The notes beneath the pieces are model-generated. The model did no database searches. It was not told where the DNA came from and saw only the letters and a program-made list of their open reading frames with translations. From assembly GCF_053078305.1 (NCBI RefSeq), contig NZ_CP166879.1: a stretch of DNA of 64,000 nucleotides; one strand, 5' to 3'. Shown piece after piece: positions 1-13,501 of the stretch. Each line of letters opens with the position of its first letter. Position 1 is the stretch's first letter. The translations under genes and the position numbers were made by a program.

Positions 1-1
1 C

Positions 2-361
2 GAAACGTTCCGTGGTGCTTTTATGGCAGTGCCGAAAGGACATATAGAGGCGGCGACGGCGTTTGGTTTTACTCGTGGGCAAGTGTTTCGGCGGATCATG
101 TTTCCGGCGATGATGCGTTACGCTCTGCCAGGCATTGGCAACAACTGGCAGGTGATCCTTAAATCTACCGCTCTGGTTTCGTTACTCGGCCTGGAAGATG
201 TGGTCAAAGCCACGCAGCTGGCAGGCAAAAGTACCTGGGAACCGTTCTATTTCGCCATCGTCTGTGGCGTGATTTACTTGGTTTTCACCACCGTTTCCAA
301 TGGTGTGCTGCTGTTCCTTGAGCGCCGCTACTCCGTGGGTGTGAAGAGGGCTGATCTGTGA
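2..361 (+). CDS. hisQ: Histidine/lysine/arginine/ornithine ABC transporter permease HisQ, C-terminal part (5' end lies outside window)
   Basis: ORF 23..361 in frame to window edge; permease-like hydrophobic sequence; followed with 4-bp overlap by hisM and then the ATPase hisP, the classical hisQMP arrangement. Confidence 0.85.
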   Translation, partial: ETFRGAFMAVPKGHIEAATAFGFTRGQVFRRIMFPAMMRYALPGIGNNWQVILKSTALVSLLGLEDVVKATQLAGKSTWEPFYFAIVCGVIYLVFTTVSNGVLLFLERRYSVGVKRADL

Positions 362-1074
362 TCGAAATCTTACATGAATACTGGAAACCGCTGCTGTGGA
401 CCGACGGTTATCGCTTTACTGGTGTGGCGATCACCCTGTGGCTGCTTATTTTGTCGGTAGTGATAGGCGGAGTCCTGGCGCTGTTTCTGGCGATTGGTCG
501 TGTCTCCAGTAATAAATACATCCAGTTTCCAATCTGGTTATTTACCTATATTTTTCGCGGTACGCCGCTGTATGTTCAGTTGCTGGTGTTCTATTCCGGC
601 ATGTATACGCTGGAGATTGTTAAGGGGACCGAGTTTCTTAACGCCTTTTTCCGCAGTGGCCTGAACTGTACCGTGCTGGCGCTGACGCTTAACACCTGCG
701 CTTACACTACCGAGATTTTTGCTGGGGCAATCCGTTCGGTTCCGCATGGGGAAATTGAAGCCGCCAGAGCCTATGGCTTCTCGACTTTTAAAATGTATCG
801 CTGCATTATTTTGCCTTCTGCGCTGCGTATTGCGTTACCGGCATACAGCAACGAAGTGATCCTGATGCTGCACTCTACTGCGTTGGCATTTACTGCCACG
901 GTGCCGGATCTGCTGAAAATAGCCCGCGATATTAACGCCGCCACGTATCAACCTTTTACTGCCTTCGGCATTGCCGCGGTGCTCTATTTAATCATCTCTT
1001 ATGTCCTGATCAGCCTCTTTCGCAGAGCGGAAAAACGCTGGTTGCAGCATGTGAAACCTTCTTCAACGCACTGA
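358..1074 (+). CDS. hisM: Histidine ABC transporter permease HisM
   Basis: 238-aa polytopic membrane ORF; ATGA start/stop overlap with hisQ; directly upstream of hisP. Confidence 0.9.
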   Translation: MIEILHEYWKPLLWTDGYRFTGVAITLWLLILSVVIGGVLALFLAIGRVSSNKYIQFPIWLFTYIFRGTPLYVQLLVFYSGMYTLEIVKGTEFLNAFFRSGLNCTVLALTLNTCAYTTEIFAGAIRSVPHGEIEAARAYGFSTFKMYRCIILPSALRIALPAYSNEVILMLHSTALAFTATVPDLLKIARDINAATYQPFTAFGIAAVLYLIISYVLISLFRRAEKRWLQHVKPSSTH

Positions 1075-1081
1075 GAATACG

Positions 1082-1855
1082 ATGTCCGAGAATAAATTAA
1101 ACGTTATCGATTTGCACAAACGCTATGGCGAACACGAAGTGCTGAAAGGGGTGTCACTGCAAGCGAATGCCGGAGATGTAATAAGCATCATTGGATCGTC
1201 GGGATCGGGGAAAAGTACCTTTCTGCGCTGCATTAACTTCCTCGAAAAACCGAGTGAAGGGGCGATCGTGGTCAATGGCCAGACGATCAATCTGGTGCGC
1301 GACAAAGACGGTCAACTCAAAGTCGCCGATAAAAATCAACTGCGCTTACTGCGCACACGCCTGACGATGGTATTCCAGCACTTCAATCTCTGGAGCCATA
1401 TGACGGTGCTGGAAAACGTCATGGAAGCGCCGATTCAGGTGTTGGGCCTGAGCAAGCAGGAAGCGCGCGAGCGGGCGGTGAAGTATCTGGCAAAAGTCGG
1501 GATAGACGAACGTGCACAGGGGAAATATCCGGTGCATCTTTCCGGCGGTCAGCAACAGCGTGTTTCTATCGCGCGGGCGCTGGCGATGGAACCGGAAGTT
1601 TTACTGTTTGATGAACCTACCTCGGCGCTCGATCCTGAACTGGTAGGCGAAGTGTTGCGCATTATGCAGCAGCTGGCAGAAGAGGGGAAAACCATGGTGG
1701 TAGTGACTCACGAAATGGGCTTTGCTCGTCATGTTTCTACTCACGTCATTTTCCTCCATCAGGGGAAAATAGAGGAAGAAGGCGCGCCGGAGCAGTTATT
1801 TGGCAACCCGCAAAGCCCTCGTCTGCAACAGTTCCTTAAAGGTTCGCTGAAATAA
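1082..1855 (+). CDS. hisP: Histidine ABC transporter ATP-binding protein HisP
   Basis: 257 aa; Walker [13 protein letters not shown] signature LSGGQQQR, Walker [12 protein letters not shown] visible in translation. Confidence 0.95.
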   Translation: MSENKLNVIDLHKRYGEHEVLKGVSLQANAGDVISIIGSSGSGKSTFLRCINFLEKPSEGAIVVNGQTINLVRDKDGQLKVADKNQLRLLRTRLTMVFQHFNLWSHMTVLENVMEAPIQVLGLSKQEARERAVKYLAKVGIDERAQGKYPVHLSGGQQQRVSIARALAMEPEVLLFDEPTSALDPELVGEVLRIMQQLAEEGKTMVVVTHEMGFARHVSTHVIFLHQGKIEEEGAPEQLFGNPQSPRLQQFLKGSLK

Positions 1856-1857
1856 TT

Positions 1858-1892
1858 GCCTCTCCGGTGGCTAACGCTGCCGGAGTATTTTC
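1858..1892 (+). terminator. Rho-independent terminator after hisP (GC hairpin ctccgg...ccggag followed by T-rich tail)
   Basis: Inverted repeat 1862-1885 followed by TATTTT immediately after the hisP stop. Confidence 0.5.
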
Positions 1893-2051
1893 AAGGGGAA
1901 TTTGCGAGTCAGCTTCCGCTGAAATGTAAAAGTTGCAGTCCGCTAAAAATACTTCTGAATTCGCTGTCCAAAGATAAAAACTGCCTGCTGCATTGGGTGT
2001 TAATCGTGGTTATTGTCGCGTCATCTTAAATTTGAGGGGTGACGGAACGCC

Positions 2052-2942
2052 ATGACAATATCGACAACTTCCACGCCGCATGATGCGGTATTTAAATCTT
2101 TTTTACGCCATCCAGACACCGCGCGGGATTTTATTGATATTCATCTTCCCGCGCCGCTGCGCAAACTGTGTGATTTAACGACGCTTAAACTGGAACCAAA
2201 CAGTTTTATTGATGAAGACCTGCGGCAATATTATTCCGACCTCTTGTGGTCTGTGAAAACGCAGGAGGGAGTGGGTTATATTTATGTAGTGATAGAGCAC
2301 CAAAGTAAGCCGGAAGAATTAATGGCTTTTCGCATGATGCGTTATTCCATTGCGGCAATGCAAAACCATCTTGATGCGGGCTATAAAGAGCTTCCATTGG
2401 TGATCCCGATGCTGTTTTATCATGGTTGCAGAAGTCCTTATCCTTATTCACTCTGCTGGCTTGATGAATTTGCCGAGCCTGCGATTGCCCGTAAAATATA
2501 TTCATCGGCTTTTCCGTTGGTGGATATTACCGTGGTGCCGGATGACGAGATTATGCAACATCGCAAAATGGCGCTGTTGGAGTTAATTCAGAAACATATT
2601 CGTCAGCGCGATCTGTTGGGATTAGTCGACCAAATTGTTTCGCTGCTAGTTACAGGGAACACTAATGACAGACAGCTAAAAGCCCTGTTTAATTATGTAT
2701 TACAAACGGGAGATGCCCAGCGTTTCCGTGCATTTATTGGTGAGATAACAGAACGCGCACCACAAGAAAAGGAGAAACTGATGACCATTGCTGACAGATT
2801 ACGTGAAGAAGGCGCAATGCAGGGCAAACACGAAGAAGCTCTGCGTATTGCTCAGGAGATGCTGGATAGAGGTTTAGACAGAGAGTTAGTTATGATGGTG
2901 ACCCGACTTTCACCAGACGATCTTATCGCGCAAAGCCACTAA
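2052..2942 (+). CDS. rpnB: Rpn-family recombination-promoting nuclease / transposase-like protein (YhgA-like PD-(D/E)XK)
   Basis: 296-aa ORF; N-terminal HDAVFKSFL motif typical of Rpn/YhgA family; position after hisP matches yfcI/rpnB. Confidence 0.8.
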   Translation: MTISTTSTPHDAVFKSFLRHPDTARDFIDIHLPAPLRKLCDLTTLKLEPNSFIDEDLRQYYSDLLWSVKTQEGVGYIYVVIEHQSKPEELMAFRMMRYSIAAMQNHLDAGYKELPLVIPMLFYHGCRSPYPYSLCWLDEFAEPAIARKIYSSAFPLVDITVVPDDEIMQHRKMALLELIQKHIRQRDLLGLVDQIVSLLVTGNTNDRQLKALFNYVLQTGDAQRFRAFIGEITERAPQEKEKLMTIADRLREEGAMQGKHEEALRIAQEMLDRGLDRELVMMVTRLSPDDLIAQSH

Positions 2943-2989
2943 TCCTGTAACACCGGGAGTTAACTGGCGGATGTTTGCTGTAAACCACA

Positions 2990-3883
2990 TCAGCGAACGA
3001 CATCCGCCAGCGCCTCTTCTAAATCGTACCAGCGAAACGCAAAACCCGCTTCTTCCAGCCGTTTAGGCAGCGCGCGTTGTCCACCTAATACCAGTACTGA
3101 AGATTCGCCCATTAACAGTCGAATGGCGGTCGCGGGGACGCGCAAAATGGCCGGGCGATGCAGCGCATGACCGAGCGCATGGGCAAATTGTTCATTGCGT
3201 ATCGGGTAGGGCGAAACCATATTAAATGGCCCGCGCAGCTCGTTATCCAGCAGCCAGAGAATGCCGTTGACCATATCATCGATATGAATCCAGGCCAGAT
3301 ACTGCCGACCGGAACCAATCGGCCCGCCCAGGCCAAGACGAAACGGCGGCAGCATTTTACCGAGAATACCGCCATCCGGTGCCAGCACTACGCCGGTACG
3401 CAGCAGGCACACTCGCGTTTTGTCACTTTGCGCCCGGCAGGCAATTTCTTCCCAGCGGGCGCAGAGTTTATGGGTAAATTCGTTATGCGGCGGTTCCTCT
3501 TCGGTAACCACCACTTCACCTAAGTCGCCATAATAGCCCGTTGCCGAGCCGGAAATGAGTACCGACGGTGGCGTGTCGCTGGCATTAATCAAATCGACCA
3601 GTTTTTGCGTGATATTCCAGCGGCTTTGGCAGAGACGCTCTTTTTGCTCGTGAGTCCAGCGTTTATCAGCAATCGGTTCTCCGGCCAGGTTGATTACCGC
3701 ATCAACGCCGTTGAGGTTGCTTTGATCGGCAAGCCCTTGCCATAGTGTCACCCGAGGGCCGAGAACGGAACTGGCTTTCTGCGGGTTACGCGTCATTACC
3801 GTGATTTGATGGCCCAGCTCCAGCAAACGTGGAATCAAATGGCGACCAATTAATCCCGTCCCTCCGGTGATCACTATGTTCAT
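2990..3883 (-). CDS. yfcH: NAD-dependent epimerase/dehydratase family protein YfcH
   Basis: 297 aa; N-terminal Rossmann GGTGLIG motif; synteny downstream of folX. Confidence 0.85.
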   Translation of the reverse strand: MNIVITGGTGLIGRHLIPRLLELGHQITVMTRNPQKASSVLGPRVTLWQGLADQSNLNGVDAVINLAGEPIADKRWTHEQKERLCQSRWNITQKLVDLINASDTPPSVLISGSATGYYGDLGEVVVTEEEPPHNEFTHKLCARWEEIACRAQSDKTRVCLLRTGVVLAPDGGILGKMLPPFRLGLGGPIGSGRQYLAWIHIDDMVNGILWLLDNELRGPFNMVSPYPIRNEQFAHALGHALHRPAILRVPATAIRLLMGESSVLVLGGQRALPKRLEEAGFAFRWYDLEEALADVVR

Positions 3884-3903
3884 GCAGCCTCCCGATATGG
3901 CGG

Positions 3904-4266
3904 TTAACGCTGCCAGCTTAAGGTCATGGATACCGAATCGGCGTAGCGCAGCGCGTGCAGTTTATCGATCTCCACTTCAGCATACGTCACCCAGTGATGT
4001 TCACGTGCGATATCGAGCACATCCTGAGTTAATTTTTCCAGCAAAGAGAAACGGTTATTCTCTACATGCTGAATAATGTTTTTCGTTACGGTGCGATAAT
4101 TCAGCGCATCGTTGATATCTTCGCTGGTGCGCGCTTTATCGGCGGGGTAGTGGATCGTCACATTGATAACAATATCCTGACGGTTGTTAATTTCTTCTTC
4201 CTTAATTCCGATAAATGTACGTAAACGAAGGTTCTTTATACGAATAATAGCGGCAGGTTGTGCCAT
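3904..4266 (-). CDS. folX: Dihydroneopterin triphosphate 2'-epimerase
   Basis: 120-aa ORF, FolB/FolX fold-sized protein, sequence recognised as FolX; conserved position. Confidence 0.9.
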
Positions 4267-4322
4267 TGCAGGTTCTCCGTTGTTTTACTTAGGATGAAAT
4301 AATACACGAGAACCTGTTTCTG

Positions 4323-5799
<1,477 letters not shown>

Positions 5800-5802
5800 T
5801 GA

Positions 5803-6357
5803 GTGATGAAACTGATGTTTGCATCGGACATTCATGGGTCGTTACCGGCGACGGAACGTGTTCTGGAGTTGTTTGCCCAAAGCGGTGCCCAGTGGCTGGT
5901 GATCCTTGGCGACGTGTTGAATCACGGCCCGCGTAATGCTTTACCGGAGGGTTACGCGCCAGCCAAAGTCGCTGAACGGCTTAATGAAGTGGCACATAAG
6001 GTTATCGCTGTGCGCGGCAACTGCGACAGCGAAGTGGATCAAATGCTGCTGCATTTCCCGATAACCGCGCCGTGGCAACAGGTATTACTGGAAAAACAAC
6101 GTCTGTTTTTGACGCATGGTCATCTTTTTGGCCCGGAAAATCTGCCTGCTTTAAACCAGAACGATGTGCTGGTGTACGGCCATACCCATCTGCCAGTGGC
6201 AGAACAGCGGGGGGAGATTTTCCACTTCAACCCCGGCTCGGTGAGTATTCCGAAAGGCGGTAATCCGGCGAGTTATGGCATGCTGGATAATGACGTACTT
6301 AGTGTAATCGCACTCAATGATCAAAGTATCATTGCGCAGGTCGCGATTAATCCGTAA
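5803..6357 (+). CDS. yfcE: Metallophosphoesterase (phosphodiesterase) YfcE
   Basis: 184 aa; calcineurin-like motifs DIHG, GDVLNHGP, GNCD, GHTH. Confidence 0.9.
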   Translation: MMKLMFASDIHGSLPATERVLELFAQSGAQWLVILGDVLNHGPRNALPEGYAPAKVAERLNEVAHKVIAVRGNCDSEVDQMLLHFPITAPWQQVLLEKQRLFLTHGHLFGPENLPALNQNDVLVYGHTHLPVAEQRGEIFHFNPGSVSIPKGGNPASYGMLDNDVLSVIALNDQSIIAQVAINP

Positions 6358-6414
6358 TTTACCCACAACTCATAATGCGCCGTAAGAGCGCCAGAAAAAG
6401 AAGGTTTCCTGATA

Positions 6415-6957
6415 ATGGAACAGCGTCGTTTGGCAAGTACTGAATGGGTGGATATTGTCAATGAAGAGAACGAAGTCATTGCACAAGCCAGCCGGGAACA
6501 AATGCGGGCACAGTGTCTGCGTCATCGTGCAACTTACATCGTCGTGCATGATGGCATGGGCAAAATTCTGGTCCAGCGTCGTACCGAGACAAAAGACTTT
6601 TTACCCGGCATGTTAGATGCGACCGCAGGCGGTGTGGTTCAGGCCGATGAGCAACTGCTGGAATCCGCGCGTCGCGAAGCGGAAGAAGAGTTGGGCATTG
6701 CCGGTGTCCCCTTTGCCGAGCACGGGCAGTTCTATTTCGAAGATAAAAATTGCCGTGTCTGGGGCGCGTTGTTCAGCTGCGTCTCTCACGGTCCCTTCGC
6801 CCTACAGGAAGATGAAGTCAGTGAAGTTTGCTGGCTGACGCCGGAAGAAATCACCGCACGCTGCGATGAGTTCACTCCAGACTCGCTGAAAGCGCTGGCG
6901 TTGTGGATGAAGCGCAATGCCAAAAATGAAGCCGTAGAGACTGAAACGGCAGAATGA
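6415..6957 (+). CDS. yfcD: Nudix hydrolase YfcD
   Basis: 180 aa; Nudix-box-like REAEEELG; synteny. Confidence 0.85.
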
Positions 6958-6990
6958 AAAAAGAGCCGCAATTGCGGCTCTTAACATTTT
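6957..6990. terminator. Bidirectional rho-independent terminator between convergent yfcD and yfcC
   Basis: Perfect hairpin agagccgcaattgcggctct (6962-6981) flanked by A-run upstream and T-run downstream. Confidence 0.6.
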
Positions 6991-8531
6991 TAGTGGTAGC
7001 CCATCAACTGAGCGCCGATCACCACGACGCTGGACATAATAAACAGCAGTCCAAGCAGGGTCGCGCCCACCTTCAGCCAGTTACGGAAGTCCACCCTGCA
7101 CACACCGAGTGTTGCCATTAACGAAGCTGAGGTTGGGTAAATGATGTGACTGAAGCCATCACCAAACTGGAACGCCAGCACGGTAACCTGACGGTTAACA
7201 CCGACCAGATCGCCAAGCGGTGCCAGTAACGGCATGGTTAACGCCGCCTGACCAGAACCGGACGTCACGAAGAAATTAAATACCGCCTGGAAGAGCAACA
7301 TAAACCAGGCCGCGACCGCGTTGTCCAGACCGCTAATGGCATTGGCAATGCTGTTGAGGATAGTATTTAACACGCTGGCATCACCTGCTTCACCATTACC
7401 AACCAGCAGCAAAATCCCTTTGGCGAAACCCACCAGCAGGGCAGGGGCGATCATCATTCGCGCCCCTTCGGTAAAGGATGAAGCCATGGTATTAACCGTC
7501 ATGCCGTTAAGGCGGAAAATAACGCCGATGATGCCAATCACCAGACCCATGGTGAAGAACTGGCTGGCAATTTCTGGAATAAACCAGGCATTAACGATCA
7601 CGCCCCAAATCACCCAGACCATTACGGCGGTCAGGACAATCAATACCAGCCAGTCACCAAAGGTAAACGGACGTTGTTCAACATCCGCCTGCTTTTCACG
7701 AAAGAAGCGGTCGGACTCATGCACGCGTGACAGAAGAGGATTCTTTTTCACTCGTGAGGCGTACACCATGGTAAAGATCAGGCCAATCAGAGTGGCGATA
7801 ACCCACACCACGATGCGCAACCCGGAGCCAGAAAGCACCGGAACGCCGGCAATCCCCTGAGCAACGACCACACAAAACGGGTTCATCCACGAACTGGCAA
7901 AACCGATTTGCGTGGCAATATAGGTCACCAGGACGGTGGTAATACTGTCATAGCCCAGCCGGACCATTAGCGGTGCGATGATAATGGCAAAGGCGACGGC
8001 CTCTTCTCCCATACCAAATACCGCGCCGCCAAGTGAAAACAGAATAAACAGCGCAGGAATAAAGAGAATTTCATTCCCGCGGGTATGGCGAATAAGCGCC
8101 AGGATACCGTTATCAATGGTTCCTGTACGCATCACAATGCCAAACGCGCCGCCAATCACCAGCATAAACATGATGATGCCAACGGCTGTCCCGTATTTCG
8201 ATCCTGAGGTTAACCCTTCAAACGGGAAGTTCATCAGGCCCGGGCGTTCATCGCCCGTCGTGAACAGCTGTACGCGGTGATACTCAGGTTCGCCTGCTTC
8301 GTTAGTCAGAATGCGAAATGAGTGTGGATCTACGACTTTGCGTGTTTTTGTTTGACCATCAACCTGATACTGCACTTCCTGACTGTCAAACATCCCCACC
8401 GGAACTACCCAGGTGGCAAGGCTGGTTAAAATAGCAACAAAAAAGATAATCACCAACGTATCGGGCATTGCCCATCTTCTTGTTGGTTTGGATTCAGTGA
8501 TTGCGGACATAGCGCAAATATTCCCTTGCAC
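6990..8531 (-). CDS. yfcC: Putative inner-membrane transporter YfcC (anaerobic C4-dicarboxylate carrier-like); true start may be the internal Met near 8510
   Basis: 513-aa highly hydrophobic ORF; located immediately downstream of pta on same strand. Confidence 0.85.
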   Translation of the reverse strand: MQGNICAMSAITESKPTRRWAMPDTLVIIFFVAILTSLATWVVPVGMFDSQEVQYQVDGQTKTRKVVDPHSFRILTNEAGEPEYHRVQLFTTGDERPGLMNFPFEGLTSGSKYGTAVGIIMFMLVIGGAFGIVMRTGTIDNGILALIRHTRGNEILFIPALFILFSLGGAVFGMGEEAVAFAIIIAPLMVRLGYDSITTVLVTYIATQIGFASSWMNPFCVVVAQGIAGVPVLSGSGLRIVVWVIATLIGLIFTMVYASRVKKNPLLSRVHESDRFFREKQADVEQRPFTFGDWLVLIVLTAVMVWVIWGVIVNAWFIPEIASQFFTMGLVIGIIGVIFRLNGMTVNTMASSFTEGARMMIAPALLVGFAKGILLLVGNGEAGDASVLNTILNSIANAISGLDNAVAAWFMLLFQAVFNFFVTSGSGQAALTMPLLAPLGDLVGVNRQVTVLAFQFGDGFSHIIYPTSASLMATLGVCRVDFRNWLKVGATLLGLLFIMSSVVVIGAQLMGYH

Positions 8532-8629
8532 AAAACAAAGTGGTAAGTATGCAAAGTGAAATGGCGCAATTCATTGATGCAGCGCAGTTAAGCAAGATAA
8601 TCAGAAAGGATTAATGCAAATTAAGAGAA

Positions 8630-8690
8630 TAAAAAACCGGAAATAGTGACTATTTCCGGTTCAGATATCCGCAGCGCAAAGCTGCGGATG
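8630..8690 (-). terminator. pta terminator region (two hairpins; hairpin 8637-8659 followed by U-tract on minus strand)
   Basis: Inverted repeats ccggaaatagtgactatttccgg and ccgcagcgcaaagctgcgg directly after the pta stop codon; plus-strand A6 gives T-tract on coding strand. Confidence 0.55.
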
Positions 8691-8699
8691 ATGACGAGA

Positions 8700-10844
8700 T
8701 TACTGCTGCTGTGCAGACTGAATCGCAGTCAGCGCGATGGTGTAGACGATATCGTCAACCAGTGCGCCACGGGACAGGTCGTTAACCGGCTTGCGCATAC
8801 CCTGCAGCATCGGCCCGATGGAGATCAGGTCGGCAGAACGCTGTACCGCTTTGTAGGTGGTGTTACCGGTGTTCAGATCCGGGAAGATGAACACGGTAGC
8901 GCGACCTGCAACCGGAGAGTTCGGCGCTTTAGATTTCGCAACGTCAGCCATTACCGCAGCGTCGTACTGCAGCGGACCGTCGATCATCAGGTCAGGACGT
9001 TTTTCCTGCGCCAGACGAGTTGCTTCGCGAACTTTTTCTACGTCGCTACCTGCACCAGAAGTACCGGTGGAGTAGGAGAGCATAGCAACGCGCGGTTCGA
9101 TACCGAAGGCTGCAGCGGAATCAGCGGACTGAATCGCGATTTCTGCCAGCTGTTCTGCGGTCGGATCCGGGTTGATCGCACAGTCACCGTAAACGTAAAC
9201 CTGTTCCGGCAGCAGCATGAAGAACACGGAAGATACCAGGGAGCTGCCCGGTGCAGTTTTGATCAGCTGCAGCGGCGGACGGATGGTGTTTGCGGTAGTG
9301 TGAACAGCACCGGAAACCAGACCATCAACTTCATCCTGTTCCAGCATCAGCGTACCGAGCACCACGTTGTCTTCCAGCTGTTCGCGGGCAACGGTTTCGG
9401 TCATGCCTTTGTTCTTACGCAGCTCGACCAGACGACCAACATAGCTTTCGCGAACCACTTCTGGATCAACGATTTCAATGCCTGCACCCAGTTCTACACC
9501 CTGAGACGCTGCAACACGGTTGATCTCTGCCGGATTACCCAGCAGTACGCAAGTTGCGATACCACGTTCAGCACAGATAGCGGCTGCTTTAACGGTACGC
9601 GGTTCGTCACCTTCCGGCAGTACGATACGTTTGCCCGCTTTGCGCGCAAGTTCAGTCAGCTGATAACGGAACGCTGGCGGAGACAGACGACGGCTGCGCT
9701 CAGAAGTGGCAGTCAGAGAATCGATCCAGTCTGCGTTGATGTAGTTAGCAACGTATTCCTGAACTTTCTCGATACGCTCGTGATCGTCAACTGGAACTTC
9801 CAGGTTGAAGCTCTGCAGGCTCAGAGAAGTCTGCCAGGTGTTGGTGTTCACCATAAATACCGGCAGGCCGGTAGCGAAAGCACGTTCGCACAGTTTAGAA
9901 ATGCGCGCGTCCATTTCGTAGCCGCCAGTCAGCAGCAGGGCACCGATTTCTACGCCGTTCATGGCAGCCAGGCAAGCGGCAACCAGCACGTCAGGACGGT
10001 CTGCGGAAGTCACCAGCAGAGAACCGGCACGGAAGTGCTCCAGCATGTGCGGAATGCTGCGTGCGCAGAAAGTGACGGATTTAACGCGGCGAGTATTGAT
10101 GTCGCCTTCGTTGATGATGGTCGCATTCAGGTGGCGAGCCATATCGATCGCACGAGTCGCGATCAGGTCAAAGCTCCACGGCACAGCGCCGAGAACCGGC
10201 AGCGGGCTGGATTCTTGCAGCTTCGCCGGATCAACATTGTTTACTTTAGCTTTGGAAGAGTCGTCGAAAATCTCGGACAGATCCGGGCGAGTACGACCCT
10301 GTTCATCAACCGGTGCGTTCAGTTTGTTAACGATAACGCCGGTGATGTTGGTGTTTTTGGCACCGCCGAAGCTGTTGCGGGTCAGTTCGATACGCTCTTT
10401 CAGCTGTTCCGGGGTGTCAGTGCCCTGAGACATAACGAAGACGATTTCCGCATTCAGCGTTTTAGCGATTTCGTAGTTCAGAGACTGGGCAAACTGGTGC
10501 TTACGTGTCGGGACCAGACCTTCAACCAGAACGACTTCAGCGTCTTTGGTGTTAGCGTGGTAGTTTGCGACGATCTCTTCCATCAGCACATCTTTCTGAT
10601 TGCTGGAAAGCAGACCTTCAACGTAGCTCATTTTCAGCGGTTCAGCGGCCGTCGTGGTGGAAGAGTTCGCACGCACGATAGTCGTAGTCTGATCGGGCGC
10701 ATCGCCACCGGTACGCGGCTGAGCGATAGGTTTGAAAACGCTCAGACGAACGCCTTTGCGTTCCATTGCACGGATCACGCCAAGGCTGACGCTGGTCAGA
10801 CCGACGCTGGTTCCGGTAGGGATCAGCATAATAATACGGGACAC
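8700..10844 (-). CDS. pta: Phosphate acetyltransferase
   Basis: 714 aa; N-terminal [23 protein letters not shown] and C-terminal PTA domain recognised; adjacent to ackA. Confidence 0.97.
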   Translation of the reverse strand: MSRIIMLIPTGTSVGLTSVSLGVIRAMERKGVRLSVFKPIAQPRTGGDAPDQTTTIVRANSSTTTAAEPLKMSYVEGLLSSNQKDVLMEEIVANYHANTKDAEVVLVEGLVPTRKHQFAQSLNYEIAKTLNAEIVFVMSQGTDTPEQLKERIELTRNSFGGAKNTNITGVIVNKLNAPVDEQGRTRPDLSEIFDDSSKAKVNNVDPAKLQESSPLPVLGAVPWSFDLIATRAIDMARHLNATIINEGDINTRRVKSVTFCARSIPHMLEHFRAGSLLVTSADRPDVLVAACLAAMNGVEIGALLLTGGYEMDARISKLCERAFATGLPVFMVNTNTWQTSLSLQSFNLEVPVDDHERIEKVQEYVANYINADWIDSLTATSERSRRLSPPAFRYQLTELARKAGKRIVLPEGDEPRTVKAAAICAERGIATCVLLGNPAEINRVAASQGVELGAGIEIVDPEVVRESYVGRLVELRKNKGMTETVAREQLEDNVVLGTLMLEQDEVDGLVSGAVHTTANTIRPPLQLIKTAPGSSLVSSVFFMLLPEQVYVYGDCAINPDPTAEQLAEIAIQSADSAAAFGIEPRVAMLSYSTGTSGAGSDVEKVREATRLAQEKRPDLMIDGPLQYDAAVMADVAKSKAPNSPVAGRATVFIFPDLNTGNTTYKAVQRSADLISIGPMLQGMRKPVNDLSRGALVDDIVYTIALTAIQSAQQQ

Positions 10845-10918
10845 GGTTTATCCTCTTTCGTTACCGCCGATTTGGCGGGTTACAAAACAGCACCGCCAGC
10901 TGAGCTGGCGGTGTGAAA

Positions 10919-12121
10919 TCAGGCAGTCAGGCGGCTCGCGTCTTGCGCGATAACCAGTTCTTCGTTGGTTGGGATAACCACCGCAGGACGGGTACCTTCT
11001 TTGTTGATGAAACCAGATTTGCCGAAACGTGCAGCCAGGTTGCGTTCATGATCAACTTCAAAGCCCAGCACGCCCAGTTTGCCCAGAGACAGTTCACGAA
11101 CCATCGCGGCATTTTCACCGATACCACCGGTGAATACAACAGCGTCCAGACGACCATCCATCAGCGCAGTGTAGGCACCGATGTATTTCGCCAGGCGGTG
11201 GCAGTAAACGTCCATTGCGCGCTTCGCGTCTTCTTTCGTCGCGTAGTTGTCTTCAACATAGCGGCAGTCGCTGGTCACTTCGGTCAGACCCAGCAGGCCA
11301 GACTCTTTGGTCAGCAGTTTGTTGATTGCGTCAACGCTCATGCCCAGGGTGTCGTGCAGGTGGAAGATGATCGCCGGATCGATATCACCAGAACGGGTAC
11401 CCATGACCAGACCTTCCAGCGGGGTCAGGCCCATAGAGGTGTCAACGCATTTACCGTTGCGGATAGCAGAAACGGAACCACCGTTGCCCAGGTGGCAGGT
11501 GATGATGTTCAGTTCTTCTACCGGTTTGTTCAGCATTTTTGCCGCTTCCTGGGTTACATAGAAGTGGCTGGTGCCGTGCGCGCCGTAACGACGGATGCCG
11601 TGCTCTTTGTACAGGTTGTACGGCAGGGCGTAGAGGTAAGACTCTTCCGGCATAGTCTGGTGGAACGCGGTGTCAAATACAGCAACGTTTTTGTCTTTCA
11701 GCTGTGGGAAAGATTTCAGAGCTTCTTCGATACCGATCAGGTGAGCCGGGTTGTGCAGCGGTGCAAAAGAAGCTGCATCTTTGATACCCTGAATAACAGA
11801 CTCATCGATCACTACGGAGCTGGTATACTTTTCGCCGCCGTGTACGATACGGTGACCGATAGCAGTCAGCTGCGCAGACAGTTCTGGTTTTTGTGCCAGA
11901 ATAGTATTAACGATAAAGTTGAGCGCTTCGCTGTGAGCGGCGCCTGCACCTAAAGCCGCTTCCTGTTTATTGCCGTCCATTTTCCATTTGATACGTGCTT
12001 CGGGCAGGTGGAAACATTCGGCTAAACCAGAAAGGTACTCTTCACCATTTACTGCATCGATGATGGCAAATTTCAGTGAAGAACTACCGCAGTTCAGAAC
12101 CAGTACTAACTTACTCGACAT
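10919..12121 (-). CDS. ackA: Acetate kinase
   Basis: 400 aa; N-terminal [13 protein letters not shown] acetate/propionate kinase signature. Confidence 0.97.
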   Translation of the reverse strand: MSSKLVLVLNCGSSSLKFAIIDAVNGEEYLSGLAECFHLPEARIKWKMDGNKQEAALGAGAAHSEALNFIVNTILAQKPELSAQLTAIGHRIVHGGEKYTSSVVIDESVIQGIKDAASFAPLHNPAHLIGIEEALKSFPQLKDKNVAVFDTAFHQTMPEESYLYALPYNLYKEHGIRRYGAHGTSHFYVTQEAAKMLNKPVEELNIITCHLGNGGSVSAIRNGKCVDTSMGLTPLEGLVMGTRSGDIDPAIIFHLHDTLGMSVDAINKLLTKESGLLGLTEVTSDCRYVEDNYATKEDAKRAMDVYCHRLAKYIGAYTALMDGRLDAVVFTGGIGENAAMVRELSLGKLGVLGFEVDHERNLAARFGKSGFINKEGTRPAVVIPTNEELVIAQDASRLTA

Positions 12122-12440
12122 GGAAGTACCTATAATTGATACGTGGCTAAAAAAACGTCAGGGAGCCATAGAGCGTAGCGCATGATGACACCGACATTTA
12201 TGATTAACATCATGCACTGCAAATTTTTTTTGCATGATGGAAGAAATATCTTGAGTCTATGCCATTTTGCGTAATTTTCAGCCAATGGCATAATGTATAT
12301 GAATTTGACGACTCAATGAATATGTACTACTTAGGCCTTCAGGCTGCTAAAGGATACCTGATAGTGGGTATGGAAGACAAAATGTTTTGAACGTTGTCCC
12401 GCTGAGTTGTGAATTTGCACAAATTTTTGAATCTTTATAT

Positions 12441-12456
12441 GTGAAGTTGAGGTGAA
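12441..12456 (-). promoter_or_regulatory. Exact TTCAC-N6-TTCAC direct repeat (CreB 'cre-tag'-like) in ackA/yfbV divergent control region
   Basis: Plus strand reads GTGAAgttgagGTGAA; reverse complement is TTCACctcaacTTCAC; ackA-pta is a reported CreBC regulon member. Confidence 0.35.
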
Positions 12457-12458
12457 GC

Positions 12459-12914
12459 ATGTCAACGCCGGATAATCGTTCTGTTAATTTTTTTAGCTTG
12501 TTTCGCCGGGGACAGCATTACTCAAAGACGTGGCCGCTGGAAAAACGCCTTGCCCCGGTCTTTGTCGAAAATCGCGTTATCAAGATGACGCGTTATGCGA
12601 TCCGTTTTATGCCGCCGATCGCCGTATTTACTCTCTGCTGGCAGATTGCCCTGGGCGGTCAGCTTGGGCCGGCAGTTGCCACTGCCCTGTTCGCCTTAAG
12701 TTTACCCATGCAGGGATTGTGGTGGCTGGGCAAGCGTTCTGTCACGCCATTACCCCCTGCAATCCTCAACTGGTTTTATGAAGTTCGCGGTAAATTGCAG
12801 GAGTCTGGACAGGTGTTGGCACCCGTTGAAGGCAAGCCTGATTACCAGGCATTAGCTGACACGCTTAAGCGCGCCTTCAAACAACTGGATAAAACTTTCC
12901 TTGATGATTTGTAA
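12459..12914 (+). CDS. yfbV: UPF0208 inner membrane protein YfbV
   Basis: 151 aa with two hydrophobic segments; divergent from ackA. Confidence 0.85.
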
Positions 12915-12918
12915 TTGA

Positions 12919-13491
<573 letters not shown>

Positions 13492-13501
13492 GGAGGCCCG
13501 C

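Noticed and set aside
2052-2942. Transposase-like gene (rpnB/yfcI) as a possible mobile element
   Set aside because: I see no flanking inverted repeats or target duplications, and it is a single gene at a conserved chromosomal position; Rpn-family proteins are domesticated PD-(D/E)XK nucleases rather than active IS elements.
8646-10916. 756-aa ORF on the plus strand (longer than pta itself), plus similar long ORFs at 10913..11953, 22004..23446, 30560..32005 and 48134..49297
   Set aside because: Each lies entirely antisense to a well-supported gene (pta, ackA, nuoC, nuoL, menB). Translations are low-complexity Arg/Ser/Thr/Val/Gln-rich strings with no motifs; they are shadow ORFs produced by codon bias of the real genes.
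12395-12415. Possible CRP site (tgtgaatttgcacaaa) in ackA/yfbV region
   Set aside because: Only the left half (TGTGA) matches; the right half is acaaa instead of TCACA.
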